A stretch of 64,000 nt of DNA from Lama glama (taxonomy: Eukaryota), in NCBI GenBank assembly GCA_028534125.1, contig CM052816.1:30878001-30942000 (forward strand), in the 5' to 3' direction. Position 1 is the first letter of the stretch, and the number at the start of each line of letters is the position of its first letter. The translations under genes and the position numbers were made by a program. Under the pieces are notes generated by a model that did no database searches, was not told the origin of the DNA, and saw only the letters and a list, made by a program, of their open reading frames with translations. Shown one piece after another: positions 25,870 to 37,600 of this stretch.

Positions 25870-28800
25870 CTTTCACCATGAATGCTGGATCCAAGTATCC
25901 TTCCTTTGGGGACATAGAACACTAGAGCTGCCCCTGATTTAAGCGGTATACTTCATCCTCAAAGATGTTACCTCATCTTTTCAGTCTTTCCTCTGACCTG
26001 GCACTTCCACTGTACCTTTATGAAGCCATTCCAGCATTCTGTGAGCCTGGCTGCTTCTGGGAAATATAATATGTGATGCCTCCAGTGGATTCCATGGTCA
26101 TGGCCCACTCCTACCCTCCCTCGGTGTTAAGCAGGTCCCCGAGCTGGATGCTACACTGAGCGGTATTCCATGCCTGTGTGGGATAGGCATTACCTACTAT
26201 CAAATAGTGATGCTGGCTGAGGTTACGCAGACAGCAAAGGCAATTCCATACCCAAAATAGATACCTTCCTCTGTAAGGATGAACTACTGGCCCTTTTAGG
26301 ATGGAAGAGACCCAGTGTGGTCAATTCTACCAAGCAGTCTGTTGGTCTCCCCAAGGAACAGTGTTTTATTGTAGGCTCAGTGTTTTTCCCTGTTATTGGC
26401 AAGTTAATATTTCAAGAAAGCAATTGCAAAATCTGCCTTTCTAAATGGGAGAAAATGCCTTAATAGACCTTTTGTCTATGCCACTACAGGTCTGTTACTC
26501 ATGTGCCCATCTTGGCAATTCTGGGGTAGCCAACGGCAAAAGCTGGCTAACGTCAACTGGTTGAGCTGTTCAACGCATCTACCGCAGTAGATGCTTTCTT
26601 ATGGCCAATAATGTGTGATACAGAAGTGGGCACAGAATATGAAGATTTCTGTATGTTCACCCACATCCCAGCCCTGCTTATTGCTGATCGTCCAGTTCTT
26701 CATCTTCTAGACCGCTGCCAGAAGGCAAGGTGATTGGCCACTGCCAAGAATCATAAATAGTCTCACACTGAGACACTTCTCCTTCTACACAAAGGATATA
26801 TCCCAGTGCACTGCTCACAGCACTATTCACCAGGAAGATTTTTTTCTCCCCTCTACTGTCTTTCAGGATCACCCCTGAAGGTGGCTGGAATGTAGCCAAC
26901 ATCCATTTTTGGCTTGCACTCAAGAACTCAGCTGACCCATTCATAAACTAATCCCATAGTTTTCTCTCCTGTTGCAGTTGAGTACAAAATCTCCCATAAG
27001 TCACAGGTAAAAAGCAAGGAGAGGAATACAGTTAGGAGGTAACATGTGGGTCTGCTCATAACCTCTGATCCTACAGCAACTTAATTCTAGATGTACCCAC
27101 AATTTGATCTTACAATGGACTGACCTATGTTCGACCCATCCAACTTTGTGGCTTAGTGAGTCCGGTAGGTCCTAGACCATAATAGAAAATTATAGATGCA
27201 TGGTTACTCTGTGCCCATGGTTAAACATTCCATCTCTACCAAGGACCAGTAACGCAAACAGCTGTTTCTTGAAGGGTATATGATTATTTGCTTGAATGGC
27301 ATGGTCTTATTCCAGAATTTCAAGGTCTGCATTGTGATTCCTCCAGTGAAGCTTGCCACAGAAGTTCATACTGCCAATTATACTGCCAACAATACTTCTA
27401 ATAATGTAGTGCCTGGCAGACCACATAGGCTAAGTAGCAGGGCTGCTTGTACTGTAACTGGAAATTACTGTAGTTCTTTCCTGCTCCAGGCCCTATACAA
27501 AGCTGCCCGCCTTCTCTGTCACCTGTTATGTCAGCCTCCAGAATCCAAAAAAGATGCTAAGTTTTGTGGTAGGGGATGCAAGATGCAACAATTTGTCTTC
27601 CACTTTGTAGAGGATGTCCAACTATAATTTTGATCACTGGACTCCTATAAATTTCACTGATGTGACCTTCCTCTCTTCATCGTATTTATCTTTGACCCGT
27701 TGGTGTGTCTTACCAGTGTTTCAAGCTTTCTCATAACCTCTTGCTTATTCTGTCCAATCAGAATGATGTCATCAATGTACTGACAGATCAGGGTAATTTT
27801 TGGTGGAATATATTCCACCAAGAGTTCGAATCTCTTCAGACTATGACAGAGAGCCCGAGAGTTAACATAGCTCTGAGGCAAAACTGTCAGTGAATATTGC
27901 TATTTGTTTCACATGAATACAAACTGGTTCTGATTCTCTTCTAATTGGAAGGGAAAAGAAAGCATATGCCAAATCAATAGTGACAGAGCATATACCCAAG
28001 GTATTATTAATCTGTTCAAGAAATACCGCCACATTTGACTCAGCAGCTGTGGTGGCATCTAACACTTGTTTCAAGTCTGTGGTGGTCTACAGTCATTCTC
28101 CAGAGTCCATCAGATACCAAAGGTGTCAGACTGGCTAATCAAACAGACGTGACAGGGACCACTACTCTGCACAGCTTAGGTCTTCAGCTGAGGCGCTAAT
28201 CTTTGTCATCCTCTCTGGGGTTTCATACTGTTTTCTAATGACTGTCTTATCCAGGGAAGGCAGCTTCAGCTGTTTCTATCTGACTTTCTTCCTAATGATA
28301 GCTCTTTCTTCACAGGTGAGGGACAGGAGGGTTAATCCAACTGTCCAATATATCAATTTTTATTATGTTCTTGAAAATTGGAGAAATGACCACAGGATGG
28401 GTCTGTAGGCCCAGTGTACTCAATATGAGACAGAACTCCATCGATTATCTGGCCCCTGTCTGCCCCTGCTCCAACAGGGAGACTGTGATGACAACTGGGT
28501 CTGTAGATGTCAATGCCCACTCAGCCTGTGTTCAACAGTCTTAGAAACGTCTGGGTTTATCCCTCTTCCCCATGGTGTATTCATGTGAGTAAATGGCTGT
28601 AGATCTCAGAAAAAAGTTGGGGAAATCATTAGCACATACACTTGACATAATAAGGCTAAGTCCTTCCTCCTCAAAGGGTTTTCAGTGTAAAAATTATTTC
28701 AGATCTGAAAACTTAAGCATAATATTTTATTGAGGTGTCCACTCTCCATCTTTTGTGCCTACTACATATATGCCTTTAATACACACACACACACACACAC

Positions 28801-29900
28801 ATACACACACACACATTTGTTGAGCCACACCTCAGACATTATACCCCTTGAGATACTATTACCTCTCATCCATTTCACAACTCCTGGCTAGTGAAGTTCC
28901 TTGTCTGTTCCTTGTATCTTACCAGCCATTACATTAACTGTGCCTCCTGAGCACTGTCACCTGGCCGTCCTTCCTTTAAGGCCACAACAACCCATGAGTA
29001 ATAATAAGCCCAAATTCTGTGACCGTATCTTCTACCATCAGCCTTGGCATACAGAGGAGGACCATCATCAAACTTCTCAGTGACGCTAGTACCCTTCCCA
29101 CCACACATTCCTAATAGCCTTGGTGAATCGTATGTCCTCTGGGTCCCCTTGTGGAACATCATTCTCTTGTGGATCTCCTGGACCTATGTACTATGCCCAT
29201 TCCAACATGCCCTCTTTCCTCTGCATCTTTATTCCTTCCTCTGCCTTTTTCAAAGGCAACTCAGGCATTTCTATTTTAGTCAGAGTGAGCCACTGTTTAT
29301 TCCAGGCGTCTAAGATCTAACCCATTAGTAAGTCTATCTCCATTTCTGGGACTCTTACTAGAACATTAAATACTAAGTCTCCAGAGAGTGACCTTAAATC
29401 AGTAATTCTTGTTCATCCAGACTTACATTCCTGCCCCCTGATCAAGCATTCTCAAAATCTAATCCCAGTATTGCTCTCCTGGCTCCTGCTGGCATATACA
29501 GACTAGTTCTTGCAGCTTGTTAGGTGAAAAGACTCTTTTCTTCCTTATAAAGCTCAGCAGATCCTTAGTTGAGCTATGTCAGGATTTAACCCTAATTAGC
29601 AGCTTCAGAACCAGGAGAGAAGGTGGAGGCAGCTTATTGCCTTTTATGCAAAAGACTTCTGCAGCTTCAATTTTTCCAAGTTTCAGTTTTTCAGATGCAT
29701 AAACATACCTGCCATAGCATCTCCCTCCAGTGTGACATTTTCCTAGGTCATTACTGGGAAATCCCTATTAATTGAGTTATGCCATCTACCCATGCCCCAT
29801 CCAATGAGTGGGGTGGCATCCTCTTCACCTGCCAGTTGGTAGGTAAGCCAGTTCCATATCCCATCTTACTACCTGTTTTCTTAGACCACTTGGTACCACT
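25870..29900 (-). mobile_element. Decayed ERV-L internal region (HERV16/ERV3-16A3-like): gag-pro-RT-RNaseH-integrase remnants
   Basis: RT: LEQINNTLG..IDLAYAFFSLP (27862-28074) and PQSYVNS..YIDDIILIG (YIDD at 27768-27779). RNase H: GSA..KW..QPPSG..KDS (26678-26944). Integrase: HGIHW..PEAA..WNG (~26020-26100). PBS-like tggtaccaagtgg at ~29885-29898. Many stops and frameshifts. Confidence 0.9.
28781..28815. repeat. (AC)n microsatellite inside the ERV-L
   Basis: Direct reading. Confidence 0.95.
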
Positions 29901-31224
29901 TATATTAATCTATATGAAAGATGGTGGCCAGGTAGCTGGGGAAAGCCATTAGACCATGATGTTTGACTCTAAGTACAGGAGAGGAGAGAGGTTTGGGTCA
30001 AAGAGACCTAGATTGCTGAGCAGTCTAAGGAAAGTTTGGTTAGACCATTCAGGAGGCCTTAAGCCAAAGTCAACTATCAGTAGAATCCATTGAATCTCAT
30101 GAATGGGCCTTTGTCTGCCCTGCCACACTCAATCCCCGTCTCGGAGCACCCCATGGGAAACATACCCATGGTCAGAACATGGGGATCGATTTTGGAGTAC
30201 AGCTTCCGAGTTTGGGGCCAACTTCATGGGCATGCAGCTTGTACTGTCACGCAGAGACCTGCATTTCTTGAAGTGCTCTGCTATTGTCTTGACACTCTGA
30301 ATGATTTTATCTTTGAACCTGCATCTTAAGGGACCAGGGAGCACGTGCACTAAATATGCATGGCTACCACACCTTGCTGCCCATTTACATACAGGGCTCA
30401 TGGTGCCCCACCGCACAGGATGCTGGTAGACCCATGATGTGTTTAAGTCAGACTCGAACTTAGTTTCAGGTAAGTTTGTTATGTCCATGGTGAGTGACAG
30501 AGGCCAACAGGCCACCAGAACTTGCTTCAAATTAGAAAGAAGGCAGAACATTATAAGAAACACAAATGAACATAGGAACACATCATCGCTTATGCCACTA
30601 TTCTGTGCTGAACAATCACTTATGCTGAAAATGATGGCACAGAAAGACAAGGAAAAGATAGAGCAACCCAATAGTTCCTTTTCCTTGCAGTCTTTCCTTA
30701 CTCATTAGTCAGCTAAAGGTAGAGGATGTTGGTAGGATGTATATATATCAAAAAGTGAAATAAAAACACTTGAGTGCCTTTTGTGTAGCTTCCATTTTTC
30801 TAATAAGATAAATTACACATGCATGTACAAGTCACAGAACACGAATCATATGATTCAGTGATCCTGCACGCAGTTAAATGCTCTCATATCTGCATTTAAA
30901 ACTGGCATTACACAACAAAGATGGATGGTGAAATTCAAGCTAGTAATTTAAAATTTTAAGTATTTCTTTACTTGAGACAACATGAAATAACACATTAACA
31001 TTTAAAAAAAAAACACCATGAAAAATCAAAAGAAAGATTGAAGACGAAAGAAAACAGATTTATATTTTAGTACCTTCCCTGACACTGCATTTCGAACAAT
31101 GGTCCTCTCACGTTTTTATTTTGAAACAGGTCTGGCAGATAAGAGAGCCAGACCTCCTGCAGCCCTTGGTCAGCTGTGCCCCGTGGAGTTGGAGACGTGC
31201 AGGTTGCACTGCCATAGCTGTCAC
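29900..31224 (-). mobile_element. 5' LTR of the ERV-L (LTR16-like), split by MER45B
   Basis: LTR16-like sequence at 29900-~30210 resumes at ~31140-31224 and ends 'ccatagctgtcaca' (TG start on the minus strand); directly adjacent to the PBS. Confidence 0.75.
30212..31152 (+). mobile_element. MER45B-like hAT-Tip100 DNA transposon
   Basis: Starts 'ggggccaacttcatgggcatg' and ends 'tttattttgaaacaggtctggcagataagagagccagacc'; termini resemble the short MER45 copy at 21193-21366. Confidence 0.78.
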
Positions 31225-31947
31225 ATGGGTTTCGGTGCACAGGAAAGTCAGTATGCAAACCTAAGATACCTGAATCTCAATTATCTGTCTGCCTCACCAA
31301 CCCACTTGTACTCTTTTTTTTTTCCCCCATCAAAGCATCTCTGAAACTCCTAAAGGGTAGTCTTCACCAGTATTCTACATCCTTAAGCAACATAAGGGAA
31401 GATGGTGATGATTACAGGTATAAATCAAATTTGGAAATGGGGTCCACTCTGTCCCTGCTTCAAAGCGTAGCTCACATGTTCAAGCATTTGTTATGCATTT
31501 TTCCTTAGAGTATGTGTTAAAATATTGGGCTCTGTGGTCAGACTACCTGAGGTTGCAATTCTGATTCCACCATGTGACCTGATGTTTTGCTTAGGCTCTG
31601 AAAGGTTCATTTTTCCTATAAAATGGGGCCAATACGAAGCAATTTGTAGAGGAAGAAACACTTATCATGGTAACACGCACACATTTGCCAGTCAGTGTTA
31701 TCTGTTAGCATCATTCCCTTCTAGGGCTGTTTGTAACAGATTCTTCAGAACACAGGATCTGTTTCCCCAGCCCCAAATCTAAGAAAATTCACCTTTACAT
31801 TCAAAGTCCATCCCTCTTGGGCAGCTAGGCTGTGGGCTGTAGACCTCTCAGACCACTCATTACCTGCTCAGCTGAGCCTCTGCTCTATACCTGTTTTGTG
31901 ATTCTCTCTAAGGAAAGCTTGTCATCGAGCTTACTTAACCTTTTTAG

Positions 31948-32053
31948 ATTACCAAGGTACAATTAGAAGACTACTCAGGTGGTGATCTTCAGGATACAGA
32001 GTCTAAGCAGAATAGAACAAAAGTCCACATTGCTTCACACTGTGATCCTGATG
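31948..32053 (+). other. Candidate spliced exon (106 bp), unverified
   Basis: cttaac branch-like motif plus ctttttag| acceptor; ATG|gtaagc donor; frame 0 open (ITKVQLEDYSGGDLQDTESKQNRTKVHIASHCDPD). Confidence 0.2.
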
Positions 32054-32686
32054 GTAAGCAGATTATCAAGTGGGCTTTTGCAAATACACCCTCCGCTCTC
32101 CTTTGGCATTTCTTGTCTTCACAAGTCCCTCGCTTTCGCTGCAGTCTACAATCTTACTAGAGTGGACAAAAAATTTGTCAGCTAGTACCTTCAATGGTTC
32201 TTCCTCGGTGCAGTGTTATTCCTAACTGAAACTTGAGATGAGCTGGAATTTTGACAGAAAACAAAAACAAGATAATGATCTTAAGTCAACTTAGACAAGG
32301 ATCAAGGTCACTGCTGAGAGTCCTAGCCTGGCACACTGTGAACACAGTACAAATATATTTTTTTAATGAATGAATAGAGAAAGGAAAGGAGAAGGAGGAA
32401 GAAAGAAAGATAAAAAGAAAGAAAAGATTTCTTAATAAATGAAGTATGAACTATGCCATTTCCTGAAAATTCAAACCTCTTTCCTATCTGATTCATTCTC
32501 TTTCAACTTCCTTTCTATGTCTCACCTCAAATCACAGGCACATACACAAGGAATGACTATGGTAATATTTGTTATATTCTGCTCAGGGGATATTATTCTT
32601 TTCAACACTATTCAAGAACACACAAGGACAAGGAGAGACAGTTTTATAGTCTAATTAGCTGTGTTATTGATTAAAGTAATACTTTT

Positions 32687-32822
32687 TATTATTGAAGTAC
32701 AGTCAGTTACAATGTGTCAATTTCTGGTGTACAGGACAATGTCCCAGCCATGTGTATACATACATATATTTGTTTTCATATTTTTTTCATTATAGGTATT
32801 ACAAGATATTGAATGTAGTTCA
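32687..32822 (-). mobile_element. Short 5'-truncated L1 3' stub
   Basis: Same 3' end as the 18193 and 39760 copies; TSD gtaatactttt at 32676-32686 and 32827-32837. Confidence 0.88.
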
Positions 32823-33114
32823 AAACGTAATACTTTTGAATTATGGTTCTTTAATGAATTAAGGTGAGTGTCTCAGAAATTACTGAGTATTTTCAAAAAG
32901 GAAAACAGCTTCAGTGGGTTCTCCAACAGTTTCCTCACTCCAACCGTGTATATATGCACACATATACATCAGAGGAAATAGTAGAGAAATTATAATTTTA
33001 AAAAATGTTGTGACTTTAGATAAGAACACAGCAGGTTAAAAAGGGACGCTTAGCAAAAACCTGAAATGCCACCTGAGTAGTTCACAGTATCAGTGGACTA
33101 ACTGGCTGTAAAGG

Positions 33115-33407
33115 ACAGAAACAGACTCACAGACACAGAAAACAAACTTACGGTTACTGGTGAGGAAGGCGGTGGAAAAGGATAAAACGGGAGTTCAAGA
33201 TTTGCAGATACTAACTACTATGTACAAAATAGATAAACAAATTTATACTGTATAGCACAAGGAACTATATTCAATATCTTATAGTAACCTATAATGGAAA
33301 AGAATATTAAAAGGAATATGTGTATGTATATGTATAACTGAATTACTACGCTATACACCAGTAATTGACAGAACACTGTATACTGACTGTAATTCAATTA
33401 AAAAAAA
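33115..33407 (+). mobile_element. L1 3' UTR stub
   Basis: 'cagaaacagactcacagacacagaaaacaaactt...ttcaattaaaaaaaa'. Confidence 0.88.
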
Positions 33408-34216
33408 GAGAATGGTCAGTAAGCAATGCAGAACAAAGAAGAAAAGAGTATGTAAGAATGAGTAATCTTCTCGCATAAGAATGAGTAATCCTTCTTTAAA
33501 AAAAGGATTAAATATTGGAGGAAGCTGAAAAGCATTAAATATTGGAGGAAGCAAACTACCAACCAATTAGTTGAATTTTTTCCACTTTCCTATGACTTCT
33601 TTAAAAAAATTTTTAAAAGTGATGAGGGACATATCTTAAAAGAGTAAATATAAATATTTGAGCTGTCAGACAAATGTAATGGCTGACAGAATACATTCAT
33701 ATATAGGAGCTTTTTTTTTTTAATTTCCCTTTTCTAAAAGCAATAAATAAATTCCACAGTGTTCCTGGAATTTAATTAGTGAATGAAAGCTATTTTTCAT
33801 GGGGAAGACTTGGTGCTTCTTCCACTTTCTCACAATTTTGTTAATTATCTAGGCCACTTTGGGGTGTGTGTGAATATTTTCCTCTTCATAGTTCACATAG
33901 CTGGATTTACTCATTTTTTAGAGAAATTATATTACTTATAAAATATCCTGTCTTTACTGATTCCTTTTCATTTTAATTTGGGTGTGTGGGCCATAGGCAA
34001 TCAATTATTTTTGCAACTGACTCAACATTTAAAAAATTTCCTTTGACTTTTTCTGTCTCTTGAAAAAGAACTAAATCAGATACAAAGCAGAAAAATAAAG
34101 GAATTTTATACTTAACGATTAGCTTAAAAACTGAACTTCAGAAAAATAATCCATACTTGGTTTTGCCTCCATCATCCATATAATTGCATATTTTGACAGT
34201 ACTTAACAGGGTCATT

Positions 34217-34609
34217 GTGTTGTAAATTGTTCTAAAAAATAGATTCCCTCAAAATCGTATGTTGAAGTCCTAATACTTAGGACCTCAGAATGTGACTGTA
34301 CTTGGAGACAAGGTCTTTAAAGATTTAAGTTAAAATGAGGTCATCAGAGTGAGCCCTAATCTGATAAAAGTTGTATCCTTATAAGAAGAAGCAATTAGCA
34401 CATAGACACACCAAGAAGATGACCCATGAAGACACAAGGAAGAGAAGACAGCCATCTACAAGCCGCGGAGAGAGGCCTCAGAAGAAATCAAGCCTTCTAA
34501 CACCTTGATTTCAGTCTTCGAGCCTCTGAAATTGTGAGAAATAAATTTTTGCTCTTTAAGTCACCCAATCTGTGGTGCTTTGTTACGGTAGCCCCAGAAG
34601 TTCAATACA
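34217..34609 (+). mobile_element. MLT1A/B-type MaLR solo LTR
   Basis: 'tatgttgaagtcctaa..cctcagaatgtgactgta', 'gagaaataaattt' and 'ctttgttacggtagccc...aataca'. Confidence 0.9.
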
Positions 34610-37600
34610 GACTCCTATCCTAATGACGTCCACGGGTAAGGAGAGAGAGAGCAGACAGAAACCAGCAACAACTGTTTGTTCTGCACAACATACAGATACA
34701 GACTTCATGCTGAGAAAAGTTGCACCGTGACTTTTCTGCAGAGGAAAGTGTAGCATATGATCCTTTTCCATTATTTTAAGAGTCAGAAAATAAAGGTATT
34801 CATTACATCCCAGCCTATGATCTGCTGCAGCGTCCCATCCAAAGTCCTTAGCTCTTTGCCTGTCTAATAATTCATGTGTTGTAGCAGTACCGCCAGTAAA
34901 TGGTGTTATCTGTAGGAGGAGATTGGAGCCAGATTCCTGTCAAACCTCAAATGTGGCAATCTCAAGGGTACCCAGCAAGAAGGTCAAAATCCCATGCGAC
35001 GGAAGACTTTGCCTTTGATTGCTTTCCTCATATTTAACTGTAAAGGCTCTGAGATAACCTGGTGTTCTCAAAGTGTAATTTCCATGAGTAAATGGTCCTA
35101 ACTCCAGAGCCTGAATCTTTACAGTAACTATGAATATCACTAGAACTTAGGACAATATTTAGTGTAGGAGATGTTACATTTGATCTTTTTTACAGCTTGC
35201 AAGTTAAGATTACAGTGTTACACAACTTTATCATTACACATTTTGAATTATGATAAAAATTACAGCTAAGAAATGTTTCAATAGAGGATCGTGTGAGCAC
35301 TCGAGTAGTAAGGGATGGTGTGTGTCAGGTAAGGAAGGGGATGGGACGCTGGGAAAAAAATCAACTGGCACCTGGAGATTTTTATCTTACCACTGAAGCC
35401 CTATAGAGGGTGTTTATAGATTTTGTCAGTATAGTTAGTTCTGTGATACTCAAAATGGGCAGACAAGAACTGAACTTTAAAAGTGTTTTTGCTTGGCTAA
35501 TAGAGAACCTGGAACCATCTGTCTTCCGTCCATAAGACAGTGCGGTCAGTAGGACAGAGGCAATACGTGCCACTTGGGAACCAAGAGCAACAAATGTGAG
35601 GCCTGAAACTGACAGGCTGTAACTCACAAGTGTCCAAATCCTGCCCTCAGACACTCCTGGGCAGCTCCCACTGGGGCTTTAGCTGGGGAGTCAATTGAAT
35701 TTCAGTGCCTGAAAGGAACTCTTGGCCTACTGGGAGCAACTATTCTCTGCTGAAACACGGACGAGGAGTTTTGGGTAATAATCAGACACTAACAGTAACC
35801 ATCTGGATAAAAATACAATTGTTCTCTCTCTCTCATACCCAGCTTTCGGCCCAGGAAAACAAATACAGAGGTAATTAAACTGAAATTCCATCTTTACCCT
35901 CTACCCCTTGTTAACTAGACGTCACACATCCTGCATCAGAGCCTCTTACTATTCTAGTCAGTGATGGGAATCTTACAAAGACAGTACTCTCACTCTGTGA
36001 GATCTGAGCCCCCTGACCCCTGCCACCCAGGAGAAAGGGAAGTACATGTGTAGGAGCCCATGACTACAAGATGAATTACTGAAGAGAGAAGTCAATCCAA
36101 AACAAGCATCACATTCGAACCGTTTCCGCGGCTCTGTGGCCAGAAGTGGTCCAAGAAAATGCCATACATATGGGGATTCTTAAAAAAGAAGGGACGATGG
36201 TGAACTGTTCATTACATCAGTGCATCCGGTAACATTTATGATAGTCCACCATCTCCACATTTCTGTGTGACATGTGCCCTGGAAAAATACAGTAATAGTA
36301 GAAGAGATGATCTTGGAATTTAAATGTGAATGAAAAACAGAAACGAAATCGTAAACATAGATCTCCATTCCTATGTGCTCAAGGAATTCTAGAACAAAGG
36401 GGCCTAGGTGTGAGATTGTTAACCTGGACAGGTTTGAGGCAAGGCTGAATTTTAATCAGACATCTTATAAAACGTGGGACATAACTCAGAGAAAAGACAG
36501 CACACTGTCACCCTGGAAAAAAATTTTTGCATGGCGAAGAGATATCCTAAAGTCATAGGCAATTTAAATAGTGAATTTTCTCAAAGCAAAACTTCCTCTA
36601 GTGCCTGAAAAGAAACAAAAGCAGAGAGATCACTGTAGTGGCTACTGTTTTTCAGTACATAATGGAATAGCTATGATTAACAAGGAAAACAAATGAAGTC
36701 CACTGTAGATCCCTTAATATCAAGTGACCTGGTAAAAATAAAACTTATTGAAGTTATATATATATATATTTTTAGAATACAATAGTATACATAGTAGCTT
36801 AATTTCTGGATTAGCTCATGCTTTCAAGTTGTTTTCATGAGAATCTGTATGATATACCATGTACAGATCATGCAAATCATCATCTCCCTATCTTTCTCTG
36901 TTGGCATAGTTGAGCCCAAACAGAATCTTGAGTCAAGATATAGTGACATATTCCTTTAGTAGTTTGCTTAAGACATGTATCCCGTATGCACTTTGTTTTG
37001 CCTGTTCTCAGATGTTTGTCCCATAATGAGCCAAATATACAGAATGCCCTGAATAATTAGTTGTCATAATAAAAGTCTGTCAGTAGAGATCCCCACGTGG
37101 TGAATATCTGTTTTGGTGAATTATTTGTGGACAAAGAAATTAGCCACTTACTACAAACACTATATCTGATTAAACCCTCCCCCCAAAAGGATTAGATAGT
37201 CACACTTGGAAGTACTTGTGCATTGAGCTAGTGATTATATTTGGCAGTATCTCTGAATTCAAAATGAATCTAAAATGAAGCAGCATTTGACATCCTTAAT
37301 GAAATGTGATGTTGTAGTTTCCAGTATTTAAACTGCAGAAAATTTGTACAGAATTTCATTTAAAGAGAAAGGGAGCAAGGGAAGAGAAGTGAGGAAAGGA
37401 GGCAAGTGGTGGAAGGAAGTATTTCAAACTCATGGGAGTTCATAAAATGTCTACTGAATAGATAAAATGAATCTGTTGCTGTCTCAGGCAATACAAAAGC
37501 TACCATTTGTCAATAGTGGTTATGGTTTTAGTGAATTTTTTCAATCAGGACTACTTAGCACATTGGTGAAAAAAAAAAACGCCTTAAGCCAAGTTATCTG

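Noticed and set aside
30129..30671. 180-aa minus-strand ORF as a viral or transposase gene
   Set aside because: It spans the MER45B/LTR junction and shows no gag, env or transposase motifs; likely chance.
33453..33552. CRISPR-like repeat-spacer array
   Set aside because: Mammalian DNA, two unrelated repeat pairs with 8-nt spacers, and no cas genes.
35382..35654. Minus-strand 90-aa ORF with a donor at its end
   Set aside because: Weak acceptor and unrecognised peptide; no independent support.
36540..36630. Strong minus-strand acceptor (ctgcttttgtttcttttcag)
   Set aside because: Stops in all frames within ~40 nt, and no good donor nearby.
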